From positions 1 through 24,813 of the forward strand of contig JBHJOM010000135.1 in NCBI GenBank assembly GCA_050329715.1: DNA of 24,813 nucleotides. Reading direction: 5' to 3'. The stretch is from Phycisphaerae bacterium. Its GTDB lineage: Bacteria; Planctomycetota; Phycisphaerae; Tepidisphaerales; Tepidisphaeraceae. The notes beneath the pieces are model-generated. The model saw only the letters and a program-made list of their open reading frames with translations. It did not search any database and had not been told where the DNA came from. The position numbers and the translations under genes are program-made. This document shows positions 16,456-24,813 of this stretch, in pieces. How positions within the stretch are numbered: the stretch's first letter is position 1; each line of letters opens with the position of its first letter.

Positions 16456-17766
16456 ATGCACGTCGCACTCGTCATCCTCCACGCCGACCGCAAACGCGGC
16501 GGGGCCGAGCGCTTCACCATCGACCTGGCCGAACGGCTGCTGGATCAGGGCCACCGCGTCAGCCTGCTGGCCGCGGGTTTCGGCGACGGCACGCCCGACG
16601 CCGCCGGCTCCGCCGAGCGTGTCACCCTCGCCCACCACGGCCCCACCCGGCTGACCCGCTACCTCCGCTTCCTGGACGCCCTGGACGCCCACCTGGACGA
16701 CACGCTCTACGACGTCGTGCACGCCATGCTCCCGGTCGACCGCTGCGACGTCTACCACCCCCACGCCGGCTTCGCCGTCGTGCAGCAGGCCACCGCCCAC
16801 CGGGCCAAGGCCGGTCGGCTGGCGCGCGGGCTGTCTTGGGTCGGCAACCGTTTTTCGGGCCGCCGACGGATGTTCGCCAAGGTCGAGCGGACGCTCCTGC
16901 AGCAAGAGAACCCGCCGTTCGTGCTCAGCCTCTCCGAAACCATGAAGCAGGAACTCCTGGCCCGGCTCGACGTGCCGCAGAACTGTTTCGTCACCCTCTA
17001 CAACGGCGTGGACCTGCGCCGGTTCGACCCCGGCCGCCACCCGGAGGAGGACGTACGCCGCAAGCACGGCCTGGGGCACGACGACACCGTCGCCCTCTTC
17101 GTCGCTCAGGACTTCGCGCGGAAGGGGCTGGCGCAGGTCATTCACGCCATGGGCCGGCTTCGGCACCCGCGGCTGCGGCTGCTAGTCGTCGGCGGCGACG
17201 ACCACCGCCCCTTCCGCGACCTGGCCAAGGCCCGACGCGTGCACAAGTTTGTCACCTTCGCCGGGCCGCAGGCCGACACGCACGCCTACTACCACGCCAG
17301 CGACCTGCTGGTGATGCCCAGCCGCCATGACCCGTTCCCGCTGGCCGTGCTGGAGGCGTTGGCGATGGGGCTGCCGGTGGTGCTCAGCCGGCAGGTGGGG
17401 GTTTCGGAGATCATCGACGACGGCCGGCACGGCTACGTGGTCGAGGACTGGCGCGACGTCAAGGCGTTGGCCGTGGCGCTGGGACAGCTTTGCGTTCCGG
17501 CGGACCGCGTTCGCCTCCGCCGGGCCGTCGTCGAACTCCGGCCGACACTCGGCACCCACCGCCACATGACCCGCCTGCTGGACGTGTACGACGCAGTGAT
17601 ACAGCAGAAGCGTGCCGCCGGCGTGCTGCTTGACACCCCGCCGAAGCCCTCTGACACTCCGCCCGATGGCGAGCCCCGCACCGACCAGCCCGACGCACCC
17701 CTTAACGCCGCCGACCAAAGGCCCGTACCTCGACAAAACGGTCCGCGACCGCCTCGAGATCATTGA
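16456..17766 (+). CDS. GT4-family (GT-B fold) glycosyltransferase
   Basis: ATG 16456. N-terminal MHVALVILHADRKRGGAERFTIDLAERLLDQGHRV is typical of GT4. C-terminal nucleotide-sugar binding block PSRHDPFPLAVLEALAMGLPVV (E-x7-E). Ends with a low-complexity Pro-rich tail that overlaps the next gene by about 101 nt. Confidence 0.85.
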   Translation: MHVALVILHADRKRGGAERFTIDLAERLLDQGHRVSLLAAGFGDGTPDAAGSAERVTLAHHGPTRLTRYLRFLDALDAHLDDTLYDVVHAMLPVDRCDVYHPHAGFAVVQQATAHRAKAGRLARGLSWVGNRFSGRRRMFAKVERTLLQQENPPFVLSLSETMKQELLARLDVPQNCFVTLYNGVDLRRFDPGRHPEEDVRRKHGLGHDDTVALFVAQDFARKGLAQVIHAMGRLRHPRLRLLVVGGDDHRPFRDLAKARRVHKFVTFAGPQADTHAYYHASDLLVMPSRHDPFPLAVLEALAMGLPVVLSRQVGVSEIIDDGRHGYVVEDWRDVKALAVALGQLCVPADRVRLRRAVVELRPTLGTHRHMTRLLDVYDAVIQQKRAAGVLLDTPPKPSDTPPDGEPRTDQPDAPLNAADQRPVPRQNGPRPPRDH

Positions 17767-18379
17767 GCCCTACGTCCGCGGCCGATCAACCCTCGACCTG
17801 GGCGTCGTCGACGCCCGCCCGCAACGCCACTCGGCCGAGGAACGCATCGCCTACAAGGCCAACCTGCTCTTCAAACGCCTTGCCGAGGTGAACTCGGACA
17901 TCGTCGGGCTCGACATCGACCCGGCCGGCTGCGACGTGCTCCGCGAGCAGGGATACAACACCGTGTGCGACAACGTGGAGACGATGGACTTGGGCCGAAC
18001 GTTCCAGACCATCGTGGCGGGTGAAATCATCGAACACCTGGAAAACCCCGGGCTCTTCCTCCGCAACATGCACCGCCACCTCACCGACGACGGCGTGCTG
18101 CTCGTCTCCACGCCCAACCCGTTCTACGCCGGCAGTGCCTGGAAGATCTGGCGGTACGGCCGCCCCGCCGTCCACGAGGACCACATGGGCTGGCAGGACC
18201 CCACAACCCTCGACCAACTGCTGGTGCGAACGGGCTTCCGCCCCACCGACGGCGCGTGGGTCCAGCCGGCCAGGAACCCGCTGAAAACCTGGAAGCGCAT
18301 CCTGCGCCCCTACTTCAGCCACGGCTTCATCCGCGTCGCGGCCAAGGTGCCCGCCACGCAGGGCAACCCACCGGCTTGA
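17666..18379 (+). CDS. class I SAM-dependent methyltransferase
   Basis: ATG 17666 is in frame within track ORF 17612..18379. Motif I-like TLDLGVVD, then VGLDIDPAGCDVL and post-motif GEIIEHLENPG..LTDDGVLLVSTPN, typical of the Methyltransf_11/12/23 fold. Start choice is uncertain and overlaps GT4. Confidence 0.7.
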   Translation: MASPAPTSPTHPLTPPTKGPYLDKTVRDRLEIIEPYVRGRSTLDLGVVDARPQRHSAEERIAYKANLLFKRLAEVNSDIVGLDIDPAGCDVLREQGYNTVCDNVETMDLGRTFQTIVAGEIIEHLENPGLFLRNMHRHLTDDGVLLVSTPNPFYAGSAWKIWRYGRPAVHEDHMGWQDPTTLDQLLVRTGFRPTDGAWVQPARNPLKTWKRILRPYFSHGFIRVAAKVPATQGNPPA

Positions 18380-18399
18380 CGAGCACAACGCCCGCCGAC

Positions 18400-20169
18400 A
18401 TGAGCCAGCCTCTACCAGCCTCCGAGGCCGTGCCTCTGCCCTTGAGCCCCCGGCCGCTCCGTGGCGGCGTCTGGCTGACGCTGCTGCTGGCCGCCGTGCT
18501 CTTCGCCGCCGTCGCGCCGACGCTGCCGCTGCTGGGCTTCATCTCCGGGAGCGAGAACCTGGTCGTCGCGACGGTGCTCGAGGTCGAACGTGGCAAGAGC
18601 GGGCTGCTCCTGCCGACGCTCTTTGGCGACCTGCGCGTCCGCAAGCCGCCGCTGACGACGTGGTTTGCCGCGGCCTTCGTCGACGGTCGGCTGGTTCAAA
18701 ACCTCGCCGCCGAGCCGCTCGGGGACGAGGCGCGGTGGCAGCGCCTCGCGTGGCAGTTCCGCTGGCCGGCGCTGGTGCTCGGCTGCCTGGCGTTGCTGGC
18801 GACATACAAGCTGGGACAGGTGCTGCACGACGGGCGGCTGGGCCTCGTCGCCGCGGCCGTGGCGGGCAGCAGCCTCTTCTTCCTCGAAGAGTTCCGCCTG
18901 AACACGACCGACGTGCAACTGGCCTTCTGGGTGTTGCTCACCAACCTGCTGCTGGCGATCGCAGTGGTGCAGAAACGGCCGTGGGCGGTGCCGGCGGCCG
19001 GGCTGACGCTCGGGCTGGCGTTCCTGGCGAAGGGGCCGGTGGCACTGGTGCAGACGCTCGTGCCGTTCGCCGTGTGGGGCCTGTGGCTCCTGATGCGCCG
19101 GCGGGAGTTGACGCCTTCGGGAGACGTACCTCGTGTCCCGGCGGCACGGTGGTTCGTCGTCGGGCTGCTCGCTGTCGTGCTCTTCGCGGCCGTGGCGTTG
19201 CCGTGGTTTGTTTACGTCTACCTCAAGGTGCCGGGCGTGTGGCAGGTCTGGTTCACGGAGGTGAACCGCCAGGGTGCCACAGGCTACGACCCGGACAACC
19301 CGCTGAAGTACCTGGGCTTCGTGCTGATGCTGTTTCCGTGGTCGGTCTTCCTCGTGGTCGGGCTGGTGCTGACACTGCGGGACGTGGCGAAGCGGTCACG
19401 CAATGACGTGGTGCTAGCCGGGACGCTGCTGTTCTGGCCGGTCGTCGTGATGGTGCTCTTCCCGGACCGCAAGACGCGCTACCTGCTGCCGATGCTCTTC
19501 CCCGCCGCCGTCGTCACGGCGTACGGCGTGCTGGCGCACCTGCAGGCGTGGCGCGACAACCCACGCCGGCTGCCGCCCGCCGACCGCGTTACGCTCGGCC
19601 TGCACTTCGGGCTGCTGGGCGTGGTCGCCGTCGGGCTGCCGGCGGCCGGCACGCTCGGGGCGTTCGGCCTCGTTACCGAAGCCGGCGGGCCGTGGTTCGA
19701 GCCACAGGTTGGCGTTCCGCTGGCGTTGGCCGGCGGCGTACTCGTGCTGCTGAGTGCGGCGGTGCACGCCTGGTGGCGGGCCGGGCTCGTGCTGGGGACG
19801 TTCGTGACGATGCTGGTGTTGAACGCCGTGGTGGTGGTCGGCTTCGGCCGGAGCGAGGACGGCCGGCCGGAGCTTCGGCCATTGGCGAGAGCCGTCGTCA
19901 ACGCCTACCCGGACGCGACGCTGTTCCACCCGAGCGCGGTCGGCAAGCGTGCTCCGCCGGACTTGGGCATCTACGCCGGCCGGCCGGTGTATACGCCCGA
20001 TAACGCCGCCGACATTTCCATTACGCCCGGCCCGGCCGTGCTGTTCCTGAGCCATAAGCCGAACGAAACCCGCCCCGAACCCCCGGCCGGCTGGACGTTC
20101 TTCGCAACGGACCGCCGAGGCCCGACCGAGTGGAACGCCTACGTGCGACCCATGGCCACACCCGAATAA
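18400..20169 (+). CDS. GT-C fold membrane glycosyltransferase of the ArnT/PMT (GT83/GT39-like) family
   Basis: ATG 18400, 21 nt after the methyltransferase stop. 10 or more predicted TM helices. First periplasmic loop carries ..LEVERGKSGLLLPTLFGDLRVRKPPLTTWF.., matching the ArnT/PMT 'KPPL' loop signature. Large C-terminal periplasmic domain. Confidence 0.75.
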   Translation: MSQPLPASEAVPLPLSPRPLRGGVWLTLLLAAVLFAAVAPTLPLLGFISGSENLVVATVLEVERGKSGLLLPTLFGDLRVRKPPLTTWFAAAFVDGRLVQNLAAEPLGDEARWQRLAWQFRWPALVLGCLALLATYKLGQVLHDGRLGLVAAAVAGSSLFFLEEFRLNTTDVQLAFWVLLTNLLLAIAVVQKRPWAVPAAGLTLGLAFLAKGPVALVQTLVPFAVWGLWLLMRRRELTPSGDVPRVPAARWFVVGLLAVVLFAAVALPWFVYVYLKVPGVWQVWFTEVNRQGATGYDPDNPLKYLGFVLMLFPWSVFLVVGLVLTLRDVAKRSRNDVVLAGTLLFWPVVVMVLFPDRKTRYLLPMLFPAAVVTAYGVLAHLQAWRDNPRRLPPADRVTLGLHFGLLGVVAVGLPAAGTLGAFGLVTEAGGPWFEPQVGVPLALAGGVLVLLSAAVHAWWRAGLVLGTFVTMLVLNAVVVVGFGRSEDGRPELRPLARAVVNAYPDATLFHPSAVGKRAPPDLGIYAGRPVYTPDNAADISITPGPAVLFLSHKPNETRPEPPAGWTFFATDRRGPTEWNAYVRPMATPE

Positions 20170-20290
20170 CTCAAATCCGCAACGGGTTCACGCCGATGTG
20201 TTGTCTGGAATATCCAACGCGCGTCGGCGTAGCGACTTTCGGCATCGAGCCCCAGGGCTGAGCCATGCAACCGGCGCATTCCTCCTCCGG

Positions 20291-20328
20291 GGGGCGTGAC
20301 CGATCGTCGGCACGCCCTCTTTTTATTG
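20291..20328 (+). terminator. candidate rho-independent terminator
   Basis: GGGCGTG (20292-20298) / CACGCCC (20311-20317) stem with a 12-nt loop, followed by CTCTTTTTATT. Lies about 120 nt after the GT-C gene stop. Confidence 0.45.
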
Positions 20329-20539
20329 CACCGCCATCGGAAACACCCCTCCTGCACGCCGGCGTGATTGTACTGGCCCTGCCCGGCGCAGCCGCTAGAG
20401 TTAGACTGGCACACCGCCGCTTTTGCGACTTTCATACGAGACTTATGCGAGCCCCCCGGGATTCTCGCCGATGTAGGTGCTGCCGCCGGTGATACATGTG
20501 AGCCGGGGCATGGTTCTGGCTATCCACGGGGTCCTGTTC

Positions 20540-23500
20540 ATGAGCATGCGCCGCATCCTGTCCGCCGCCGTTCGCGCCACCGACGTTCTCCCGGCCGCGC
20601 CCTGCTTCCAGTTACAGCAACTCGAGGCACGCAAGCTTCTCACCACACCAAGCGCGCTCCGGCCCGAGACACTCGGCGACGCGCTGGACCTGACCGAGCG
20701 GCAGGCCATCCTCGACCGATTCGACAACGCGGACGCCGGCGTCATCGCCCAGCTCAGCGGCCGCGTCGGCAACGCCGCCAGCTTCGACAGCTACCTCAAC
20801 GGCTACATGCAGTGGCGCGACGACGTGGGCCTCGGTGGCACGTTCTTCTTTGACGCCGGCGATGTCGATAGCTATGCGGCGTTCGTCGCGGCCAACAACG
20901 TCGACCACTCCGGCTACGTCGCCAACGCCGACATCCTCTACGACCACCGCTTCTTCCCGCTCACCGGCTCCACCTCGAGCTACGACGTCCGCCTGGAAGG
21001 CGACTTCAGCTGGCTCAACCCCCACTACCAGCCGAGCTACGACTTTGCCGTCACGCTCAACAGCCACACGCACTGGACGACGCTGGCCCAGACCTACCGC
21101 TTCACCGGCGAGAGCAAGTACGCCGAGGAACTTGCCTGGCAGATGGCCGACTGGAGCGACGAAGTCCGCACCCTGGAGACCCCGGCCAGTTGGACGCCCT
21201 ACCAGCAGTCCGGCTGGGCGTTCTCCAACGCAAGCCGCACCGACAACTGGATCTGGACGTGGCAGATGATGCTCGGCAGCGCCGACTTCTCCACTGCAAG
21301 CAACACGCTGATGGTCTACAAGCTCATCCAGTTCGGCGACCAGCTTTACGCCGACGCACTTCAGCAGATGGCAACGACCGACCTGACGAGCAACCGCACC
21401 CTAACCCTCGGCCGGAGCCTGCTGCAACTGGCCCAGGTGCTGCCCGAGGTGGACACCGCCGCCACCTGGGAAGCCACCGGCCGGCAGATGATGTTCGACG
21501 CTATGGACGCCCAGTTCTACGCCGACGGCACCCACTACGAGCAGAGCCCGGGGTACGCCCTGGGCAGCGTCGATAACCTTCTTGAAGCCTACTGGCTCCA
21601 CAAGCTCAACGGCGACGCCGGCCAGTGGGACAGCGCCCGCGTGCAGCGACTCAAGAACGCCGCCGAGAGCTTCCGGCAACTCCTCACGCCCGACGGCAAA
21701 CGCCCGGCGATGGGCGACACCTTCCGTGTAAACTCCGCGACCCTCTGGCTCAAGAAGGGCATCGTCCTCGGCGAGATCAGTCTCAAGTACGCCAGCATCA
21801 CCGGCGTGGACGCCGTCAACGGCCTGACCACGCCGACGATGCAGGTGAGCCACATCGGCCGCTTCGCCGTGGGCGACCAGGTGTCGGTGGCCGGCAACCG
21901 GGAGATGCTTTTCGTCACGGCGGTGGACGCGGGCACCAACACCATCACCGTGAACCGCGGCTTCGCCGGCAGCAACCCGGCCGGGCTGGAGGTGGGCGAT
22001 ACGCTCATCAATTACGGCGACAAGCCGTTTGCCAAGCCGCGCATGCGCGACATCTGGGTGCTGGGCCCCGGCTGGATTCAGGACTTCATGGACGTGCCGG
22101 TCAACGGCGCGCTCGGCGAACGCGGCACCAGCTACGCCATGCCCGACAGCGGCAACTATGTCCTTCGTAGTGGATCCGATGAGAACGCGACGCAGATCCT
22201 CTTCGACGCCGGGCCACGCGGTGGCTACCACGGCCACTCGGACCTGTTCAACTTCGAACTCTTCGCCGGCGGCCGGCCCCTCATCATGGACCCGGGTGCC
22301 TACAACTACCTCTCCGAAGGCCAAACCGGCTACGAGGACCGGCAGTGGGTCACCAGCACCCCCGCCCATAACACCATCAGCATCAACGGCGAATCCCACG
22401 GCGACCTCGAAGGTGCCGACCACCCGCAGATCACCCTTAACTCCTGGGGCAGCGCGTTCGGCGGCACCATGGTCTCCGCCACGCACTCGGCCTACGGGTA
22501 CATGGACGGCGAGCCGGTCGTCACACGCAGCATGTGGTACGACCACGCCGGCAACATGCTCATCGTCGACTGGGTCTACGCCACCGAGGCCAACAGCTAC
22601 ACCCAGAGCTTCATGCTCCCGGGTGACTCGGGCCCGGTGAACTACGGCACGTTCATGATGACCCGCTACAACGACGGCGGGAAGAATGTCGTCATCCAGC
22701 CGATCGCCGGCGGAACCAGCACCACCCAGGCCAGCTTCACAGGCAGCTACAACCTCGGGCAGAAGGACAGCGCGATCCGTTACACCGTCACCAAGGACGG
22801 CCGGTACGCCATGTTCGCCACCTACGTGAAGGTCGTCGACGGCAGGTACGCCAAGCCCTCGAACACGGCCACGGTGACCGCCGGCGGCAACGAGGGGGAC
22901 GACGTCGTCATCCGCCTGGACCTGAACGGTGCCGTCAACGACATCACCTTCGCCTACCCGGACCTTGCCGTGCCGGACGACAACCTCGGCGTCCAGGCGG
23001 ACTACAACGACATTGAGTTCGACAACGACGGCAACCTGCACATGGTCTACCATTCCCGCCCGCATGGCGGCCTCTGGTACACCCGCAAGAGCGCCGACTC
23101 AGACCTCTGGAGCATCCCGCAGCCCGTCGACCTCTCCACCTACTACTCCGGCATGTGGCCCGACCTGGAGATCGACGCCAACGGCGACCCGGGCGTCGCC
23201 TACCTCGAAGGCACCCACGGCGACCTGAAGTACGCCCTGAAGAGCACCGGCAACAAGGGCTGGATCGTTCAGAACGTCGATGTGCCCGGAAGCACCGGCC
23301 TCTACCCGTCCATGACCTACAGCCGGTTCTCCAACCAAGCCATCATCGCTTACTACGACAAGTCAGCCCGCGCGCTCAACGTCGCGCAGCAGACCGGCGG
23401 GTTCTACAACTGGAACATCACGCAACTGGCCGGCGAGCCGGGCCGGGACGTCGGCCGCTGGGCGGAAATCAAACTCAACCCCAACCGCACCGACCTCAAT

Positions 23501-24031
23501 GCCAGCTACGTCGTCGCGTACGAGGACACGTGGAACAGCGCCATCTACTACGCCCACTTCCAGGGCGGCTGGCGGCACGAACTGGTCGACGACCTCACGG
23601 GTGCCTCGGGCGGCTTCATCTCGATGGGCTTCGTCGACTCCGGCGAGAGCTTCGACAACGCCGTCGGCGGCAACAAGTGGCACCCGCAGGTCGCCTTCTA
23701 CGCCTCCAGCCCGGACCTGGCCCTGCGGCACGTCGGCCGGGACCGTGACGGACGCTGGAAAGGCAACTGGCTCGAAACCAACGGCGTCTCCCGCCGGGCC
23801 GGCATGTACACCGCCATGGAGATGACCAACGACAACCGCATCGACATCATTTATTTCGACGCCCGCCACGGCCTGCAACGCCGCATCACCGGCAGCCCCT
23901 ATGTCGGCTGGACGTACGGCCTGATCGGCAACGGCGGACGCGTCGGGGCCATCACCAGCCTCAACGGGCAGACGTTCGTCACCAACCTGGACGAAGCCGC
24001 AGGCGGCAAACTGTTCGTCCTGGCCGCCTGA
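20540..24031 (+). CDS. large polysaccharide-lyase-like protein: N-terminal alginate-lyase-type alpha/alpha toroid, heparinase II/III-type beta-sandwich, then a C-terminal six-repeat propeller-like module
   Basis: Track ORF 20477..24031 begins at GTG 20477; candidate ATGs at 20510, 20540 and 20546, and I chose 20540. Heparinase II/III C-domain hallmark FDAGPRGGYHGHSDLFNFELFAGGRPLIMDPGAYNY..STPAHNTISINGESH at about nt 22200-22400. The upstream helical domain carries NSHTHW and Y-rich blocks, consistent with the PL12/15/17/21 architecture. The C-terminal repeats span about nt 23010-24028. Confidence 0.8.
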   Translation: MSMRRILSAAVRATDVLPAAPCFQLQQLEARKLLTTPSALRPETLGDALDLTERQAILDRFDNADAGVIAQLSGRVGNAASFDSYLNGYMQWRDDVGLGGTFFFDAGDVDSYAAFVAANNVDHSGYVANADILYDHRFFPLTGSTSSYDVRLEGDFSWLNPHYQPSYDFAVTLNSHTHWTTLAQTYRFTGESKYAEELAWQMADWSDEVRTLETPASWTPYQQSGWAFSNASRTDNWIWTWQMMLGSADFSTASNTLMVYKLIQFGDQLYADALQQMATTDLTSNRTLTLGRSLLQLAQVLPEVDTAATWEATGRQMMFDAMDAQFYADGTHYEQSPGYALGSVDNLLEAYWLHKLNGDAGQWDSARVQRLKNAAESFRQLLTPDGKRPAMGDTFRVNSATLWLKKGIVLGEISLKYASITGVDAVNGLTTPTMQVSHIGRFAVGDQVSVAGNREMLFVTAVDAGTNTITVNRGFAGSNPAGLEVGDTLINYGDKPFAKPRMRDIWVLGPGWIQDFMDVPVNGALGERGTSYAMPDSGNYVLRSGSDENATQILFDAGPRGGYHGHSDLFNFELFAGGRPLIMDPGAYNYLSEGQTGYEDRQWVTSTPAHNTISINGESHGDLEGADHPQITLNSWGSAFGGTMVSATHSAYGYMDGEPVVTRSMWYDHAGNMLIVDWVYATEANSYTQSFMLPGDSGPVNYGTFMMTRYNDGGKNVVIQPIAGGTSTTQASFTGSYNLGQKDSAIRYTVTKDGRYAMFATYVKVVDGRYAKPSNTATVTAGGNEGDDVVIRLDLNGAVNDITFAYPDLAVPDDNLGVQADYNDIEFDNDGNLHMVYHSRPHGGLWYTRKSADSDLWSIPQPVDLSTYYSGMWPDLEIDANGDPGVAYLEGTHGDLKYALKSTGNKGWIVQNVDVPGSTGLYPSMTYSRFSNQAIIAYYDKSARALNVAQQTGGFYNWNITQLAGEPGRDVGRWAEIKLNPNRTDLNASYVVAYEDTWNSAIYYAHFQGGWRHELVDDLTGASGGFISMGFVDSGESFDNAVGGNKWHPQVAFYASSPDLALRHVGRDRDGRWKGNWLETNGVSRRAGMYTAMEMTNDNRIDIIYFDARHGLQRRITGSPYVGWTYGLIGNGGRVGAITSLNGQTFVTNLDEAAGGKLFVLAA

Positions 24032-24160
24032 GGCAACCGAGACCTATGACACAAACAGACGGCCTTGGGCAAGCTCCGGCAAGATCGACCTCACGCCGAT
24101 CGACCCGACCATCCGATAACCCTTCATGTGTACCGTCCTCACCTGCTTGAACCCGCGAGC

Positions 24161-24813
24161 ATGAACCGCCGGCTCTGGCAGGCGGCCGGGCTGCTCGCCC
24201 TGTTCGTCGTCACCGCAAGCCTGCTCGACACTTTCTTCGGCGGCACCGCCCGCCTCGGCGGCGAGCACCTTGGGCAGCGGTTCGTCGCCCATTACACCGC
24301 CGGAGCCATGGCCGGCACGGGCAACGCAAACCTGCTCTACAGTCTGCCCCACGTCGATGCGTTTCAACAGCAGTTGGCAAGCCACTACGGCCTCGCGATC
24401 GCGCCGGAGTCTGCCGTTTGGCTGCAGCACCCCGTTGCGGCACTGGCTGTGGCACCGCTGGCCTCACTGTCGTTTCCGTGGGCACTGTCGGCGTGGTGGC
24501 TTCTCTCGGCCGGGGCGTTGGGCGGGGCGATGGTGATCCTCGCCGGCTGGTTGCGTTCGGCCGACGCCTTCGCAGGCGGCTGGCGGGCCTGGGGGCCCTT
24601 GCCGTTGCTCGTGCTGCTGTCCGTGCCGTGCATTCAGGCGTTCGGGCAGGGCTCGGGCGTGTTCCTGGCGTTGCTGGTGCTCGCGGGCGTCGTGGCGGCA
24701 TGGCGGCGGGACCGGCCGATGCTCGCCGGCGGGCTCTGCGGGCTGCTGGCCATGAGCCCGATCGTCATGCTGCTGCCGGCCGTCGTGCTCGTCCTCACCT
24801 GCGGCCGCCGGGC
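24161..24813 (+). CDS. GT-C membrane glycosyltransferase, DUF2029/GT87-like (PimE-type polyprenyl-phosphate-sugar dependent), 3'-truncated at window edge
   Basis: ATG 24161, open to the end of the window; not in the ORF track because there is no stop. N-terminal TM (LLALFVVTASLL), then the loop FFGGTARLGGEHLGQRFVAHYTAGAMAGTGNANLLYSL resembling the DUF2029 first-loop signature. Further TM helices follow. Confidence 0.55.
   Translation, partial: MNRRLWQAAGLLALFVVTASLLDTFFGGTARLGGEHLGQRFVAHYTAGAMAGTGNANLLYSLPHVDAFQQQLASHYGLAIAPESAVWLQHPVAALAVAPLASLSFPWALSAWWLLSAGALGGAMVILAGWLRSADAFAGGWRAWGPLPLLVLLSVPCIQAFGQGSGVFLALLVLAGVVAAWRRDRPMLAGGLCGLLAMSPIVMLLPAVVLVLTCGRR

Noticed and set aside
20423-20448. 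TTGCGA-N14-TATGCG sigma-70-like promoter upstream of the lyase-like gene
   Set aside because: Poor match to consensus, suboptimal 14-nt spacing, and the organism's promoter consensus is unknown.

Overview
GC-rich bacterial chromosomal window (roughly two-thirds G+C by eye, not computed). Long antisense ORFs typical of high-GC DNA are present and were discounted. I can support about 24 protein-coding genes. I did not recognise any rRNA, tRNA, CRISPR array, integrase or transposase. Gene content is Planctomycetes/Verrucomicrobia-like; this is inference, not a search result. The content includes secreted prenyltransferase/squalene-oxidase-repeat and beta-helix proteins, many ECF-type regulators and GT-C glycosyltransferases. 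Modules in order: (1) mreB (5' partial) and mreC, then a strong hairpin terminator; no mreD follows. (2) A small lipoprotein and a secreted parallel beta-helix protein. (3) A minus-strand operon of ECF sigma factor, single-pass anti-sigma factor and a DegS/HtrA-like trypsin-fold plus PDZ protein whose catalytic Asp and Ser appear replaced. A repeat-dense AT-rich spacer carrying a (TCATTAC)x4 tandem repeat sits between sigma and anti-sigma. (4) A divergent secreted alpha/alpha-toroid (prenyltransferase/squalene-oxidase repeat) protein. (5) A GNAT acetyltransferase, then a stand-alone PAS protein overlapping an M42 aminopeptidase, then PPK2. (6) A nfeD-flotillin operon on the minus strand. (7) An MFS (EntS-like) transporter. 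(8) A glycan-assembly locus: Gfo/Idh/MocA oxidoreductase, GT4 glycosyltransferase, class I SAM methyltransferase, ArnT/PMT-like GT-C glycosyltransferase, a 1164-aa polysaccharide-lyase-like (alginate-lyase/heparinase II/III architecture) protein with a C-terminal six-repeat propeller-like module, and a DUF2029/GT87-like GT-C glycosyltransferase (3' partial). The most interesting candidates are the sigma/anti-sigma/pseudo-DegS operon with its repeat spacer and the lyase-like fusion protein embedded between two GT-C transferases.
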